From Candidatus Zhuqueibacterota bacterium (GTDB lineage Bacteria; Zhuqueibacterota; Zhuqueibacteria; Residuimicrobiales; Krinioviventaceae), in the NCBI GenBank assembly GCA_034505495.1, contig JAPDQV010000001.1, positions 145,892-209,891 of the forward strand: a stretch of 64,000 bases of DNA, written 5' to 3'. Below the pieces are notes generated by a model. That model was not told the DNA's origin. It worked only from the letters and a program-made list of their open reading frames with translations, and did not search any database. The position numbers and the translations under genes were made by a program. This document shows positions 35,168 to 45,593 of this stretch, piece after piece (position 1 is the first letter of the stretch; each line of letters begins with the position of its first letter).

Positions 35168-36000
35168 CCAAAGGGAAGGCAACCACCGCTTCACTGTTCG
35201 ACGATCTTCCGCGTCGGGTCATCTCGGCCAGTCGACGTATCGATATGATTGCGGGGGATCCCGACGGCTTGGCCAATATTCTGGCTGAGCGCGTTCCGCC
35301 CGATCTGACGCACACTGTGGTACTGTGGACTAAAAATCCCGTTGTGCTGATCAATCATTCTCGTCTGCGCCGGCAACTGCAGCGTTACGATCAGCTTTTT
35401 CTGCATTTGACGATTACCGGTCTGGGCGGGACGGACGTTGAGCCAAATGTGCCGCGTCCAGATCGCGTCCTGGCTGAATTGGACCGTCTCATTGAATGGT
35501 TTCAATCTCCTTTGCGAATCCGACTGCGTTTTGATCCGATCGTTCATCTGCGCGATGCTTCCGGGCGAACGATTTGCAATCTTGACTTTTTCGACGAACT
35601 CGCGCCGATCGCTTCGAGCCGCGGTCTATGCGACATTACGGTGAGTTGGGTCCAGCTCTATCCCAAAGTAAAAAAACGATTGCAGCGTTGCGGTTACGAG
35701 GCCGTCGAGGTGCCTTCCGAGCAGAGGCAGGAGGAAGAAAAACGGCTGTGCAGCGTTGCGGAAAGATGGGGTATTACCCTGCACGGATGCTGTGTTGCCG
35801 GATGGCCGCGTTCCCGCTGCATCGACGGAGAGCTGCTTACCCAACTACACCCGCGCCGGCTGGCTGCTTCGACGCGCAAAGCAAAGGGTCAGCGTCAGGA
35901 TTGCGGCTGCACCGAAAGCGTGGATATCGGATGGTACACTCCTTGTGCGCACGGCTGCCTTTACTGTTACGCCAATCCGCGCGTCGAGATCAAAAAGTAA
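35158..36000 (+). CDS. DUF1848 domain protein
   Basis: VVLWTKNP ... C-terminal DCGCTESVDIGWYTPCAHGCLYCYANP cysteine cluster characteristic of DUF1848. Confidence 0.55.
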   Translation: MGMTKGKATTASLFDDLPRRVISASRRIDMIAGDPDGLANILAERVPPDLTHTVVLWTKNPVVLINHSRLRRQLQRYDQLFLHLTITGLGGTDVEPNVPRPDRVLAELDRLIEWFQSPLRIRLRFDPIVHLRDASGRTICNLDFFDELAPIASSRGLCDITVSWVQLYPKVKKRLQRCGYEAVEVPSEQRQEEEKRLCSVAERWGITLHGCCVAGWPRSRCIDGELLTQLHPRRLAASTRKAKGQRQDCGCTESVDIGWYTPCAHGCLYCYANPRVEIKK

Positions 36001-36092
36001 ATCGGATGGGGCGACCCGAGAAGCCAAGCTTTTTATTGCAAAAGTGGCGCAAAGTTTCTAAGTTCTTGAGTGAATACAAAACGGAGGAAAAA

Positions 36093-36419
36093 ATGGCAAA
36101 ACCAATCGAATTGACGGACGCCAATTTCAAAAGTGAAGTGATAGAATCGACGCTTCCGGTTTTGGTGGATTTCTGGGCGATATGGTGCGGCCCCTGCCGC
36201 ATGGTGGCGCCTGTGGTAGAAGAGATCGCAGCGGAGTACGACGGCAAGCTCAAGGTCGGTAAACTTGATGTCGATAACAATCGCCGAACGGCCATTGATT
36301 ACGGCATTCACAGCATTCCGACGCTCTTGTTGTTCAAGAACGGTCAAGTCGTGGAAACCATCATCGGGGCGCTCCCCAAAACACAGTTGGTCAATAAAAT
36401 TTCCAAGCATATCGGTTAA
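36093..36419 (+). CDS. trxA: thioredoxin
   Basis: GGAGG SD 6 nt upstream; WAIWCGPCRMVAP active site; 108 aa. Confidence 0.9.
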   Translation: MAKPIELTDANFKSEVIESTLPVLVDFWAIWCGPCRMVAPVVEEIAAEYDGKLKVGKLDVDNNRRTAIDYGIHSIPTLLLFKNGQVVETIIGALPKTQLVNKISKHIG

Positions 36420-36425
36420 TTCCTC

Positions 36426-36461
36426 GACGGGCGTCGGCGGGAGGTAAGCGCGACGCCCGCT
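36426..36461. terminator. GC-rich stem-loop downstream of trxA (possible terminator, no T-tract)
   Basis: GACGGGCGTCG-14 nt-CGACGCCCGC inverted repeat beginning 7 nt after trxA stop. Confidence 0.25.
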
Positions 36462-36613
36462 CTAATCGCAAAACAGCCGACCGCAATAATCCTCACAAGG
36501 TGCGTACTGCCGGCGGGAATTTCAACTCGATGCTGGAGTTATTTACGCAAAACACAGTCGAAACTCATTACCGTATGGTTGAGTCTCGTATATGGTGAAG
36601 GAACAGCACAGAG

Positions 36614-37708
36614 GTGAAAATGGGGGTTGGTGATCACCTTTACGGCGTCATTCTCGCCGGCGGCATCGGCACGCGCTTCTGGCCGAAAAGTCGAGAAGAC
36701 AAGCCCAAGCAGTATCTGGCCATGATCAGCGACGAAACGTTGATTCAAAACACCGTGGCTCGGTTGTTGGGGCTGGTGCCGAGCGATCGGCTTTTCGTCG
36801 TCAGCACGAAAGCACAGGAGCCTCTGCTCAAAGAGCAGCTTCCGCATCTGCAGGCGGATCATTTCATCTTTGAACCGGTGGGACGCAACACGGCGCCGGC
36901 GATCGGTCTGGCGGCAGTTCATTTGCGTCGCCTCGATCCGAATGCGGTCATGCTTGCGGCACCTGCCGATCATCTTATTCAGCGCACCGAATTGTTCTAT
37001 CAGGCCGTACGCGCAGCACTGCGCGTTATCGAAAAAGAGCCCTCCGCTACGGTCACTTTCGGCATTCCGCCGACTTACCCGGCAACCGGCTATGGATACA
37101 TAGAAGCCGGACGCATGTTCGAAGAACCATCGGTTTTTCAGGCGGCATCGTTTCGCGAAAAGCCCGATCAAGCCACGGCGGAGCTGTTTCTGCAGAGCGG
37201 CACATTTTATTGGAACAGCGGTATTTTCCTCTGGCGGGTCGACCGTTTGATGCAGCTCATCGAAAAGTGGATGCCCGAACTTTATGAAGGGCTACGAGAG
37301 ATCGACCGGTCGATCGACGAGGGTCGCTATGACAATGTATGTGCGGCCGTGTATCATCGGCTCGTCGGTTGCTCCATCGACTACGGGGTGATGGAAAAAG
37401 CCGATTGCATCTATATGGTTAAAGGAGAATTTCTCTGGAACGACCTCGGCAGTTGGGAGGAAGTCTACCGCCTTTCACCCAAGGACGATTCTTCGAATGC
37501 GGTTTTCGGCAAACCTCTTTTAAAAGATGTGAGAAACTCGTATATTGATGTGCAATCCCGCACCGTATCGATCATCGGCGTAGAAGACTTGATTGTCATC
37601 GAACAGGCAGACGCGCTGCTGATCTGCGGGATGCGGCATTCGCAGGAAGTAAGATGGGTAACAAACGAACTGCATCAGCAAAAGAACCGCAATTCTTTAA
37701 AGGAATAA
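36614..37708 (+). CDS. mannose-1-phosphate guanylyltransferase (GDP-mannose pyrophosphorylase), monofunctional
   Basis: YGVILAGGIGTRFWPKSREDKPKQY nucleotidyltransferase motif; length 364 aa without C-terminal PMI domain. Confidence 0.8.
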   Translation: MKMGVGDHLYGVILAGGIGTRFWPKSREDKPKQYLAMISDETLIQNTVARLLGLVPSDRLFVVSTKAQEPLLKEQLPHLQADHFIFEPVGRNTAPAIGLAAVHLRRLDPNAVMLAAPADHLIQRTELFYQAVRAALRVIEKEPSATVTFGIPPTYPATGYGYIEAGRMFEEPSVFQAASFREKPDQATAELFLQSGTFYWNSGIFLWRVDRLMQLIEKWMPELYEGLREIDRSIDEGRYDNVCAAVYHRLVGCSIDYGVMEKADCIYMVKGEFLWNDLGSWEEVYRLSPKDDSSNAVFGKPLLKDVRNSYIDVQSRTVSIIGVEDLIVIEQADALLICGMRHSQEVRWVTNELHQQKNRNSLKE

Positions 37709-37992
37709 ACAATACAGAAGCGCTCAGCCGACTGGAGCATGCGGCCGTACAGGCGGGTATCGAGGTCCGTTATGAAAAAGGTGATTTTCGCAGCGCCGGC
37801 TGCCGCCTCGAAGAGAAACGGCTGGTAATTCTGCAAAAGGCGGATAGCGACGCCGCCAAAATCGAAACGTTGCTGCAGGAGTTGGCCGCCCTTGACCTGT
37901 CATCCATTGATTTACCCGCCCCCATTTTATCCCGCATCTCTGCAATTCGACAACATGTAGATGAACCTTCCCTCGTAGAAAAGGAGCCATAA
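37654..37992 (+). CDS. hypothetical protein (112 aa), overlaps 3' end of preceding gene by 55 nt
   Basis: Only in-frame start is ATG at 37654; ends 1 nt before ptsN-like start; no recognizable motif. Confidence 0.3.
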   Translation: MGNKRTASAKEPQFFKGINNTEALSRLEHAAVQAGIEVRYEKGDFRSAGCRLEEKRLVILQKADSDAAKIETLLQELAALDLSSIDLPAPILSRISAIRQHVDEPSLVEKEP

Positions 37993-38454
37993 ATGAGCAG
38001 GGTCAATTTGACAAACTATTTTCACTCGTCGCTTTTTATCCCGGAAATGAAAGCGACCACCAAAGATGAAGCTTTGGAAGAACTACTGAATCTGTTCGTT
38101 CGGGAAAAGCTGGTAAAAAATAAAAGGCTGGTTTTGGCCATGCTCAAGCAGCGGGAAAAGCTGGGCAGCACCGGTATCGGCAAAGGCGTCGCTATTCCGC
38201 ACGGCCGAACCACCGCTGCGGGCGACGTGATGATCGCCTTCGGCAAATCCTCAAAAGGCATCCCCTTTGACGCCATCGACCAACAACCGGTGCACCTGCT
38301 GTTCATGGTCATCGCTCACCCGCAGGAAAAGAGCAACGAGTATCTGCCGCTGCTCGGGTCGCTCGTCACAACATTAAAAGACGACAGCAAAAGAGAACAG
38401 TTGATGCATGTTGCCAATTTTGAAGACCTCTTGGCGGTGTTTCAAGGAGAATGA
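37993..38454 (+). CDS. ptsN: PTS EIIA type-2 domain protein (nitrogen regulatory IIA-Ntr-like)
   Basis: GIGKGVAIPHGR phosphorylatable His motif of EIIA-2; 153 aa. Confidence 0.75.
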   Translation: MSRVNLTNYFHSSLFIPEMKATTKDEALEELLNLFVREKLVKNKRLVLAMLKQREKLGSTGIGKGVAIPHGRTTAAGDVMIAFGKSSKGIPFDAIDQQPVHLLFMVIAHPQEKSNEYLPLLGSLVTTLKDDSKREQLMHVANFEDLLAVFQGE

Positions 38455-38792
38455 CGATGGTAAATAAAGAGCTGGAAATGATCGTCCATCTGCAGGACCT
38501 CGATTTGATGATCGATGAGGCTCATGACGTGGAAAAGCTGGGCTTTGCGATCAGCGGGTGCGAGGAGCTGAAAGCGGCGCGCCAAGAGTTGGCCGCTAAA
38601 ATCAGCAAACCCCTGCTCTATCGGTACGAACGGCTGCGCGGCAAACTGAAACGAGCCGTTGTTCCGGTTAAAAACGACATCTGCCTCGGTTGTTTTCTTC
38701 GTCAACCCACGGCAGTGGGTGCGCAGGGCCGTGAAGGCAACGAGATATTCGTTTGCGAAAACTGCGGACGCATGCTGTATTGGATTGACTAG
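38451..38792 (+). CDS. C4-type zinc ribbon domain protein (short DUF164/zf-RING_7-like)
   Basis: Coiled-coil N-terminus then CLGCF...CENCGRMLYW zinc ribbon. Confidence 0.5.
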   Translation: MTMVNKELEMIVHLQDLDLMIDEAHDVEKLGFAISGCEELKAARQELAAKISKPLLYRYERLRGKLKRAVVPVKNDICLGCFLRQPTAVGAQGREGNEIFVCENCGRMLYWID

Positions 38793-39063
38793 ACACGTCT
38801 TTTCCGCGCAGCAAGAAATTTTTGAATTCGCCGAATAAAAAAACAGTTACCCACCCCTTTCCTTGACTATTGGCCGCAGGGGCGTTTAAACGGCTATTTT
38901 CATCTCAAAATTGTTTCCCCTCTAACCGTATCTTTCCCGCCTAAACCTTGAAATATTTGGAATAACTCGGATTTTTTAATAATCTTTTTTTCTGTGGAAT
39001 AATCGCCTATGACTCTCTGTTATGACAACGGTTTAAATAAGACTAAAAAAGTCCGATATAATT
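38793..39063. promoter_or_regulatory. promoter/operator region of Rrf2-suf operon
   Basis: 270-nt AT-rich non-coding gap; TTGACT (about 38862) and TATAAT immediately 5' of Rrf2 start; Rrf2 regulators typically autoregulate via sites here. Confidence 0.3.
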
Positions 39064-39474
39064 ATGTTCAAATTAAGCAAAAAAACAGAATATGCCATTT
39101 TAGCGCTGCAGTATATGGCCGAACAGAATGAGGGATACATTGGAACAGTGAAGGAGATTGCCGAGGCCAAGTCGGTGCCGCAGCCGTTGTTGGCCAAAAT
39201 TCTACAGCAGCTGGCCAAAGAGGGATTGATTGACTCTCTCCAGGGAGCATACGGGGGATATATTTTGCACCGGAAGCCCCAGGAAATTACGCTCGGCGAG
39301 ATCGTCGAAGCGATCGAGGGCCCCATACGGATCGTCGAATGCATCGATGAGCTGCAAAGCTGCGCCCGAGATGTCAATTGCGGTGTCAAAAAGAGTTTCA
39401 ATCCCCTGCAGCAGGCGGTCTCTGCCTATCTGCAGCGCGTAACGCTGGCGGATGTCGCCGCCATAAATTCATAA
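39064..39474 (+). CDS. Rrf2 family transcriptional regulator (IscR/SufR-like, 3-Cys cluster ligands)
   Basis: N-terminal wHTH ([14 protein letters not shown]) and C-terminal [16 protein letters not shown] cysteine cluster. Confidence 0.85.
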   Translation: MFKLSKKTEYAILALQYMAEQNEGYIGTVKEIAEAKSVPQPLLAKILQQLAKEGLIDSLQGAYGGYILHRKPQEITLGEIVEAIEGPIRIVECIDELQSCARDVNCGVKKSFNPLQQAVSAYLQRVTLADVAAINS

Positions 39475-39485
39475 AAGGAGATGAA

Positions 39486-40928
39486 ATGAGCGACGATTTG
39501 GATCTTTTGGAACATTTTACCCGGCAGGAATACAAATACGGTTTTGTAGCCGATATCGAGAGTGAAAGCTTTCCGAAGGGCTTGAACGAGGAAATTGTTC
39601 GCGCCATTTCAAGACGAAAAGGCGAGCCGGACTGGCTGCTGGAATGGCGGCTGAAAGCCTTTCATGCTTGGCAAAAGATGACCGAGCCGCATTGGGCGCA
39701 TGTCAAATATGATCCCATCGACTACCAGGACATCATTTACTTTGCCGCCCCGAAAAAGGCAAATCCAAAGAGCCTGGACGAGGTCGATCCGGCGATTTTG
39801 GAAATGTACAACAAGCTCGGCATTCCCTTGGCGGAACAAGAAAAACTCGCCGGTGTGGCGGTCGACGCGGTGCTCGACAGCGTCTCCGTGGCCACGACCT
39901 TTAAGGAAAAATTGGCTGAGCTTGGCATTATTTTCTGCTCCTTTTCGGAGGCGGTGCGGGAGCATCCGGATTTGGTGCGCAATTATCTGGGCAGCGTGGT
40001 TCCCCCTAATGACAATTTTTTTGCCGCGCTGAATTCCGCAGTTTTCAGTGACGGTTCGTTCGTCTACGTACCGAAGGGCGTGCGCTGTCCCATGGAGCTT
40101 TCGACCTACTTTCGCATAAACGCGCAGTTCACCGGTCAATTCGAGCGCACTTTGATCATTGCCGATGATGGCGCTTACGTCAGCTATTTGGAAGGATGCA
40201 CTGCGCCGATTCGTGACGAAAACCAGCTGCATGCGGCAGTCGTGGAGCTGATCGCCCTGGACAACGCGGAAATCAAGTATTCGACGGTGCAGAACTGGTA
40301 TCCGGGCGATAAGGAAGGGCGCGGCGGAATCTATAATTTTGTGACCAAGCGCGGTCTCTGTAAGGGCGTAAATTCCAAAATCAGCTGGACGCAGGTCGAG
40401 ACCGGTTCAGCCATCACCTGGAAATATCCCAGCTGCATTTTGATGGGCGACAATTCGGTCGGGGAGTTTTATTCGGTGGCGCTGACCAACCATTACCAGC
40501 AGGCCGACACGGGCACCAAAATGATTCACATCGGTAAAAATACGCGCAGCACCATTGTTTCCAAGGGCATCTCAGCGGGACACGGACAGAACAGCTATCG
40601 CGGCCAGGTAAAGGTGCTGAAAAGCGCTCAGAATGCACGTAATTTTTCCCAATGCGACTCGCTGCTGATCGGCGACAAATGCGGGGCGCACACCTTTCCT
40701 TACATCGAGGTCAAGAACAGCTCGGCAACGATCGAGCATGAAGCCACGACTTCCAAGATCGGCGAGGATCAGATCTTTTACCTCAACCAGCGCGGTATTT
40801 CGACTGAGAACGCCGTGTCGATGATCGTCAACGGTTTTTGCAGACAGGTATTTGCCGAGCTGCCCATGGAATTTGCCGTTGAGGCGCAAAAGCTGCTTGG
40901 TGTAAGCTTGGAAGGCAGCGTCGGTTGA
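39486..40928 (+). CDS. sufB: Fe-S cluster assembly protein SufB
   Basis: AAGGAG SD; strongly conserved SufB sequence throughout. Confidence 0.9.
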   Translation: MSDDLDLLEHFTRQEYKYGFVADIESESFPKGLNEEIVRAISRRKGEPDWLLEWRLKAFHAWQKMTEPHWAHVKYDPIDYQDIIYFAAPKKANPKSLDEVDPAILEMYNKLGIPLAEQEKLAGVAVDAVLDSVSVATTFKEKLAELGIIFCSFSEAVREHPDLVRNYLGSVVPPNDNFFAALNSAVFSDGSFVYVPKGVRCPMELSTYFRINAQFTGQFERTLIIADDGAYVSYLEGCTAPIRDENQLHAAVVELIALDNAEIKYSTVQNWYPGDKEGRGGIYNFVTKRGLCKGVNSKISWTQVETGSAITWKYPSCILMGDNSVGEFYSVALTNHYQQADTGTKMIHIGKNTRSTIVSKGISAGHGQNSYRGQVKVLKSAQNARNFSQCDSLLIGDKCGAHTFPYIEVKNSSATIEHEATTSKIGEDQIFYLNQRGISTENAVSMIVNGFCRQVFAELPMEFAVEAQKLLGVSLEGSVG

Positions 40929-40982
40929 TAAATCGCAACGAATCGGCTGTCAAGTTATCTAATGGAAAAAGGAGAACGATTG

Positions 40983-41738
40983 ATGTTGACCATAAGAAAT
41001 CTGCACGCCTCGGTGGAGGGGCATGAAATCTTGAAAGGAATCGATCTGCAGGTCAATGCGGGGGAAGTGCACGCGATCATGGGACCGAACGGTTCGGGAA
41101 AAAGCACTTTGGCGGCAGTGTTGGCCGGACGGGATGGCTACGAAGTGACCGAGGGTACGATCACGTTCGAAGGCCGCAACCTTCTCGAATTGGCGCCGGA
41201 AGAGCGGGCCCGCGAAGGCATTTTCCTTGCCTTTCAATATCCGGTCGAGATTCCTGGTGTGAATACAAGTTATTTTCTGCGCACGGCCCTCAATGAAATT
41301 CGAAAACATCGCGGATTGCCGCCGGTGGGGGCTATGGAATTTCTCAAGCTGATCCGCGAAAAGCTCGAGCTGGTGCAGATGGATGAAAAGTTCCTCAAGC
41401 GCTCGGTAAATGAAGGCTTTTCCGGCGGCGAGAAAAAGCGCAATGAAATTCTGCAGATGGCGGTTTTAGAGCCCAAGCTGGCCATCCTGGACGAAACCGA
41501 TTCGGGTCTGGACATTGATGCGCTTAAAATCGTTGCCAACGGCGTCAACAGTCTGCGTCGGCCGGACAATGCCGTCATTGTTGTGACGCATTACCAGAGG
41601 CTGCTCAATTATATCATTCCAGATTTCGTCCATGTTTTGTACGATGGGCGGATCGTCAAGTCAGGCGACCGCGAACTGGCTCTGCATCTAGAAGATTACG
41701 GCTATGATCAGATCAAGGAAGGAGCCGCTGCCGTATGA
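40983..41738 (+). CDS. sufC: Fe-S cluster assembly ATPase SufC
   Basis: Walker [13 protein letters not shown] signature FSGGEKKR, 251 aa. Confidence 0.9.
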   Translation: MLTIRNLHASVEGHEILKGIDLQVNAGEVHAIMGPNGSGKSTLAAVLAGRDGYEVTEGTITFEGRNLLELAPEERAREGIFLAFQYPVEIPGVNTSYFLRTALNEIRKHRGLPPVGAMEFLKLIREKLELVQMDEKFLKRSVNEGFSGGEKKRNEILQMAVLEPKLAILDETDSGLDIDALKIVANGVNSLRRPDNAVIVVTHYQRLLNYIIPDFVHVLYDGRIVKSGDRELALHLEDYGYDQIKEGAAAV

Positions 41739-43018
41739 ATGAAAAGCCTGAAATCCTCTGGTACCGACCGCTTATCGATAAGGCAGAAAACGGCGCTTTT
41801 CCGGCGGCGCTCAAAGACAGGCTTAATGCGGCCGCCGAGCTGTTTCTCGAAAACGGTTTTCCAACTCTCAAAGACGAAGAGTGGCGTTTTACCGACCCGA
41901 CTCCTTTCCGCGCCGCGAGTTTCTCTATCGCTGGAGAGACGGCATTGCCCGACCTACCTTTTTTGCAGGCGAGTAACGAGCTGCGAATCGTATTGGTCAA
42001 CGGTAGAGCGCCAAAGATTCCGGCAGATTTGCCCGAAGGTGTTCGCCTCTTTTCGCTCGCAGAGGCTTTGCGCAGCATACCGAATCGCCTCGAAGCTGAA
42101 CTGGCCGCAACAGGCGACGGCCGTCGGCACGGATTTGCCGCTCTCAATACGGCGCTGATGAAGGATGTCGTCGTACTTGAAATTGCCGATAATGCCTTGT
42201 TGGAGCAGCCGATCGAGCTGCTGTTTTTGACGATCGCTGAAGATGTACCGATCATGACGCTTCCCCGCCTGCTCATTTTGGTCGGTCGCTCGGCGCAGGC
42301 AACGCTGATAGAAAGATACGTCTCCATCGGCAGGCAGAGGCATTGGACTAACTCGGTCGGCGAAATCATAGTGGGCGAGAACGCCTCGATTTTTCACATC
42401 AGGGTCAATGAAGAAAACCAACAGTCCTTACACACCGGCTTTACTGCCGTACGCCAGGAGCGCTCCGCGGTTTATTCCTCCTATCAGATCACTCTCGGCG
42501 GCCGGCTGGTGCGGAACGATCTCACCTCTCGGCTTGAAGGCGAAGGGGCCGAAAGCATCCTGAACGGCCTTTATATTACGGCCGGCGAACAGCTGGTTGA
42601 CAATCATACGCTCCTCGAGCATGCGGCGCCGCATACCGGCAGCCGTGAGCTTTATAAAGGCATTCTTGCCGAACGATCGCGCGCCGTTTTCTGCGGCAAG
42701 ATTTACGTACACAAGGCGGCGCAAAAGACCGACGCCGTTCAATCCAACAAAAATCTGCTGCTGACGGATGAGGCGACCATAGACACCCAACCGCAGCTGG
42801 AGATCTATGCGGACGACGTGCGCTGCACGCACGGCGGCACAGTGGGACAACTGGATGCAGACGCGCTGTTTTATCTGCAAAGCCGCGGCATTGCCCAGAG
42901 CAGCGCCAAACGGCTGTTGACCCAGGCATTTGTCGGCGAGGTCATCGAATCTATGCCGGAACCCGTCAAAGAACGTTTTGCCGTCAAAGCAGGAGAAGTC
43001 TTGGCGGCACTGATTTAG
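41735..43018 (+). CDS. sufD: Fe-S cluster assembly protein SufD
   Basis: 4-nt overlap with sufC; C-terminal beta-helix region homologous to SufB (…[14 protein letters not shown]…). Confidence 0.85.
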   Translation: MNEKPEILWYRPLIDKAENGAFPAALKDRLNAAAELFLENGFPTLKDEEWRFTDPTPFRAASFSIAGETALPDLPFLQASNELRIVLVNGRAPKIPADLPEGVRLFSLAEALRSIPNRLEAELAATGDGRRHGFAALNTALMKDVVVLEIADNALLEQPIELLFLTIAEDVPIMTLPRLLILVGRSAQATLIERYVSIGRQRHWTNSVGEIIVGENASIFHIRVNEENQQSLHTGFTAVRQERSAVYSSYQITLGGRLVRNDLTSRLEGEGAESILNGLYITAGEQLVDNHTLLEHAAPHTGSRELYKGILAERSRAVFCGKIYVHKAAQKTDAVQSNKNLLLTDEATIDTQPQLEIYADDVRCTHGGTVGQLDADALFYLQSRGIAQSSAKRLLTQAFVGEVIESMPEPVKERFAVKAGEVLAALI

Positions 43019-43035
43019 AGTAAAGGAGAGCCCGA

Positions 43036-43362
43036 ATGGAACCCAGTTTTTCCGTCGACGATCTCCGCGAAGAGGTCATCGAGACGCTGCGCACCTGCTA
43101 TGATCCCGAAATACCGGTCAATATTTACGATCTCGGCTTGGTCTACGAAGTAGATGTCGATCAGCAAGGTCGAGTTAAGGTGGTGATGACCCTGACCTCC
43201 CCTGCCTGTCCGGTTGCCGAAACGCTGCCCGATGAAGTCCATCGGCGGATCCAGGAAATCGACGAGGTGACGGAGGTGGATGTGGAGGTGGTTTGGGAAC
43301 CGCCGTGGAATCCGAGTATGATGTCCGAAGCGGCGCGGCTGGAATTGAACTATTTCACATAA
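43036..43362 (+). CDS. sufT: SUF system Fe-S assembly protein, DUF59/MIP18 family
   Basis: CYDPEIPVNIYDLGLVY...LTSPACP motif of DUF59. Confidence 0.8.
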   Translation: MEPSFSVDDLREEVIETLRTCYDPEIPVNIYDLGLVYEVDVDQQGRVKVVMTLTSPACPVAETLPDEVHRRIQEIDEVTEVDVEVVWEPPWNPSMMSEAARLELNYFT

Positions 43363-43556
43363 TTCAGCCAGGCGCATCCGATTTGAGCGCTCGAGCCGGA
43401 AAATTTTTTCCAATCAGCCTTCTGTTTTTATAGCGGCATAATACATTAAAATCTTTTGCCTGGTTTTTTCAATCTTCGGCAATTATGTTCTGTACGTAAC
43501 GACTGCGATCCAAAATATTAAAACTCGTTAAACCCCTTTTGCAAGAGAGGCAGAAA

Positions 43557-43865
43557 ATGAGTACATTCGATGCAGGCCTTTTGGAGGGTCTTCCGGATGC
43601 AAGTCTGCGCGGCATTACTGCCGACGGAAGACGAATTGTATTGGTGCGGATCGGCGAGGAGGTTTTTGCGCTGCAGGATCAGTGTACGCACGAAGAGTTT
43701 CCGCTTTCGGAAGGGTGGATAGAAGACGGCGCGCTATGCTGCGCCTTTCACGGCGCCAGATTCGATCCGCGTACCGGTGCGGCGCTCTCGTTGCCTGCCT
43801 ATGAGGCGCTCAAGACCTTCCCGACGGCAATAGTCGACGGCAGAATCATCGTTACTCTCGATTGA
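43557..43865 (+). CDS. Rieske [2Fe-2S] domain ferredoxin
   Basis: CTHEEF...CCAFHGARFD (CxH-x17-CxxH); preceded by 190-nt gap inside suf operon. Confidence 0.8.
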   Translation: MSTFDAGLLEGLPDASLRGITADGRRIVLVRIGEEVFALQDQCTHEEFPLSEGWIEDGALCCAFHGARFDPRTGAALSLPAYEALKTFPTAIVDGRIIVTLD

Positions 43866-43877
43866 TAAGGAAAAGGT

Positions 43878-45128
43878 ATGGGAGCGGGCGACTCCCCACA
43901 AGCTGTTTTTGACGTTGAAGCGGTTCGACGCGATTTTCCCATTTTCCAACAGCCGGAAAATCGAAACCTGATCTACTTTGACAATCCGGCGACGACGCAA
44001 CGGCCTGTTCAAGTCTTGGACGCCATTCGTCGGTTTCATGAAGAGTACAATTCAAACACCCACCGCAGCGCCTACAAGTTGGCGGAGAAAGCAACCGCCG
44101 GATATGAATGTGCACGGTTGCAGGTGGCGCAGTTTATCGGCGCGCGTCATGCCCACGAGATCATCTTTACGGCCGGAGCCACCCAGTCCCTCAATTTTGT
44201 CGCTTACGGCTGGGCGCGTAAATTCCTAAAGGCGGGCGACGAGATTCTGGTTACCGAGTTGGAACATCACAGCAATCTGGTTCCATGGCAGGAAACGGCC
44301 AAGCGAACCGGCGCAACGCTCAAGTTTCTGCCGATCGACGGTGAAGGGCGTCTGCAGATCGAAGATTTGGAAACATTGGTAAGCGAAAGGACACGGCTTG
44401 CGGCAATTACCCACGCGTCTAATGTGCTCGGCACCCGTGTCGACGTAAAGCGAATCATCGAGGCGGTGCATGCGGTCGGCGGCGTCGTTGTTATCGACGG
44501 CGTGCAGTACGTTCCTCACAATCGCGTAAACGTCGAGGAGTTGAACGCCGACTTTTATGCCTTTTCCGGCCACAAAATGCTGGGACCGATGGGCATCGGT
44601 ATTCTATACGGCAAGGAACAGCTGCTCGAGGCGATGGATCCGGTCATGTTCGGCGGATCGATGATCGACCAGGTTCATCACCATTACTCCACATGGGCCA
44701 AACTGCCGTGGAAATTCGAAGCCGGAACCCAAAATATTCCGGGCGTCATCGGCCTGGGGGCAGCCATCGACTTTTTGGAGCAGATCGGCTTGGACAAGAT
44801 TGAAGCGCATTGTCGGGCGTTGACCGATTACGCGCTGCAAAAACTGCAGGAAATCGAATTGATAAAAATCTACTGTCCTGATACAGAACGAAATCCTGTG
44901 ATTTCATTTACGGTCCGCAATCTGCATCCCCATGATTTAGCCACATTTTTCGACAGCCGGAACATTGCCGTGCGCTCCGGCCACCACTGCGCCCAGCTGG
45001 TAATGAGGAAATTGGGTGTTCCGGCCACTGCCCGCATCGGCTTTTATCTTTACAACACCTTTGCCGAAATCGATCGATTTATCGATGTCGTGGGTCAAGC
45101 TTTGGGATATTTTGCGCGATGGATCTAG
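43878..45128 (+). CDS. sufS: cysteine desulfurase SufS
   Basis: PLP-Lys motif SGHKMLGPMGIG, catalytic Cys region HHCAQ, 416 aa. Confidence 0.9.
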   Translation: MGAGDSPQAVFDVEAVRRDFPIFQQPENRNLIYFDNPATTQRPVQVLDAIRRFHEEYNSNTHRSAYKLAEKATAGYECARLQVAQFIGARHAHEIIFTAGATQSLNFVAYGWARKFLKAGDEILVTELEHHSNLVPWQETAKRTGATLKFLPIDGEGRLQIEDLETLVSERTRLAAITHASNVLGTRVDVKRIIEAVHAVGGVVVIDGVQYVPHNRVNVEELNADFYAFSGHKMLGPMGIGILYGKEQLLEAMDPVMFGGSMIDQVHHHYSTWAKLPWKFEAGTQNIPGVIGLGAAIDFLEQIGLDKIEAHCRALTDYALQKLQEIELIKIYCPDTERNPVISFTVRNLHPHDLATFFDSRNIAVRSGHHCAQLVMRKLGVPATARIGFYLYNTFAEIDRFIDVVGQALGYFARWI

Positions 45129-45562
45129 ACGAACTTTATCAGGAAATCATCCTCGAACACTACAAGCAGCCGAAAAATCAAGGCGAACTCCCCGAACCCG
45201 ACGTAGTGATCGAGGGACACAATCCGTTTTGCGGCGATCAAATCAAGCTGACGATGCGCATGCGCAACGGCGTTGTCGAGGATGTCAAGTTCAGCGGCAG
45301 CGGCTGCGCCATCAGCCAGGCGTCGGCATCGGTTATGACCGAGCACATCAAAGGCAAGACGGTGGAAGAGGTGCAAAAGCTCTTTCGCGAATTTACCGGC
45401 ATGGTCAAGGGAGAAGATCCGCTTCATCCCCATATTCCGGAAACCGACGAGTTGAGCGCTTTTAAAGGGGTTTCCGCCTATCCCACCCGCGTTAAATGTG
45501 CTCTTTTGGCGTGGAATGCCCTTAAAGAAGGCATCGAACGAGAGATTAAGGAAAAAAAGTGA
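45119..45562 (+). CDS. sufU: SUF system Fe-S scaffold SufU/NifU-like
   Basis: NPFCGD ... SGCAISQAS conserved Cys ligands. Confidence 0.85.
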   Translation: MDLDELYQEIILEHYKQPKNQGELPEPDVVIEGHNPFCGDQIKLTMRMRNGVVEDVKFSGSGCAISQASASVMTEHIKGKTVEEVQKLFREFTGMVKGEDPLHPHIPETDELSAFKGVSAYPTRVKCALLAWNALKEGIEREIKEKK

Positions 45563-45593
45563 CCAAAAAACCGGGCTTTCCGAGCTGCAAAGG

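Noticed and set aside
35158-36000. DUF1848 protein as a second SPL-like DNA repair radical SAM enzyme
   Set aside because: The C-terminal cysteine cluster does not match the CxxxCxxC radical SAM motif. The relationship to SplB is uncertain, so I kept it as DUF1848 only.
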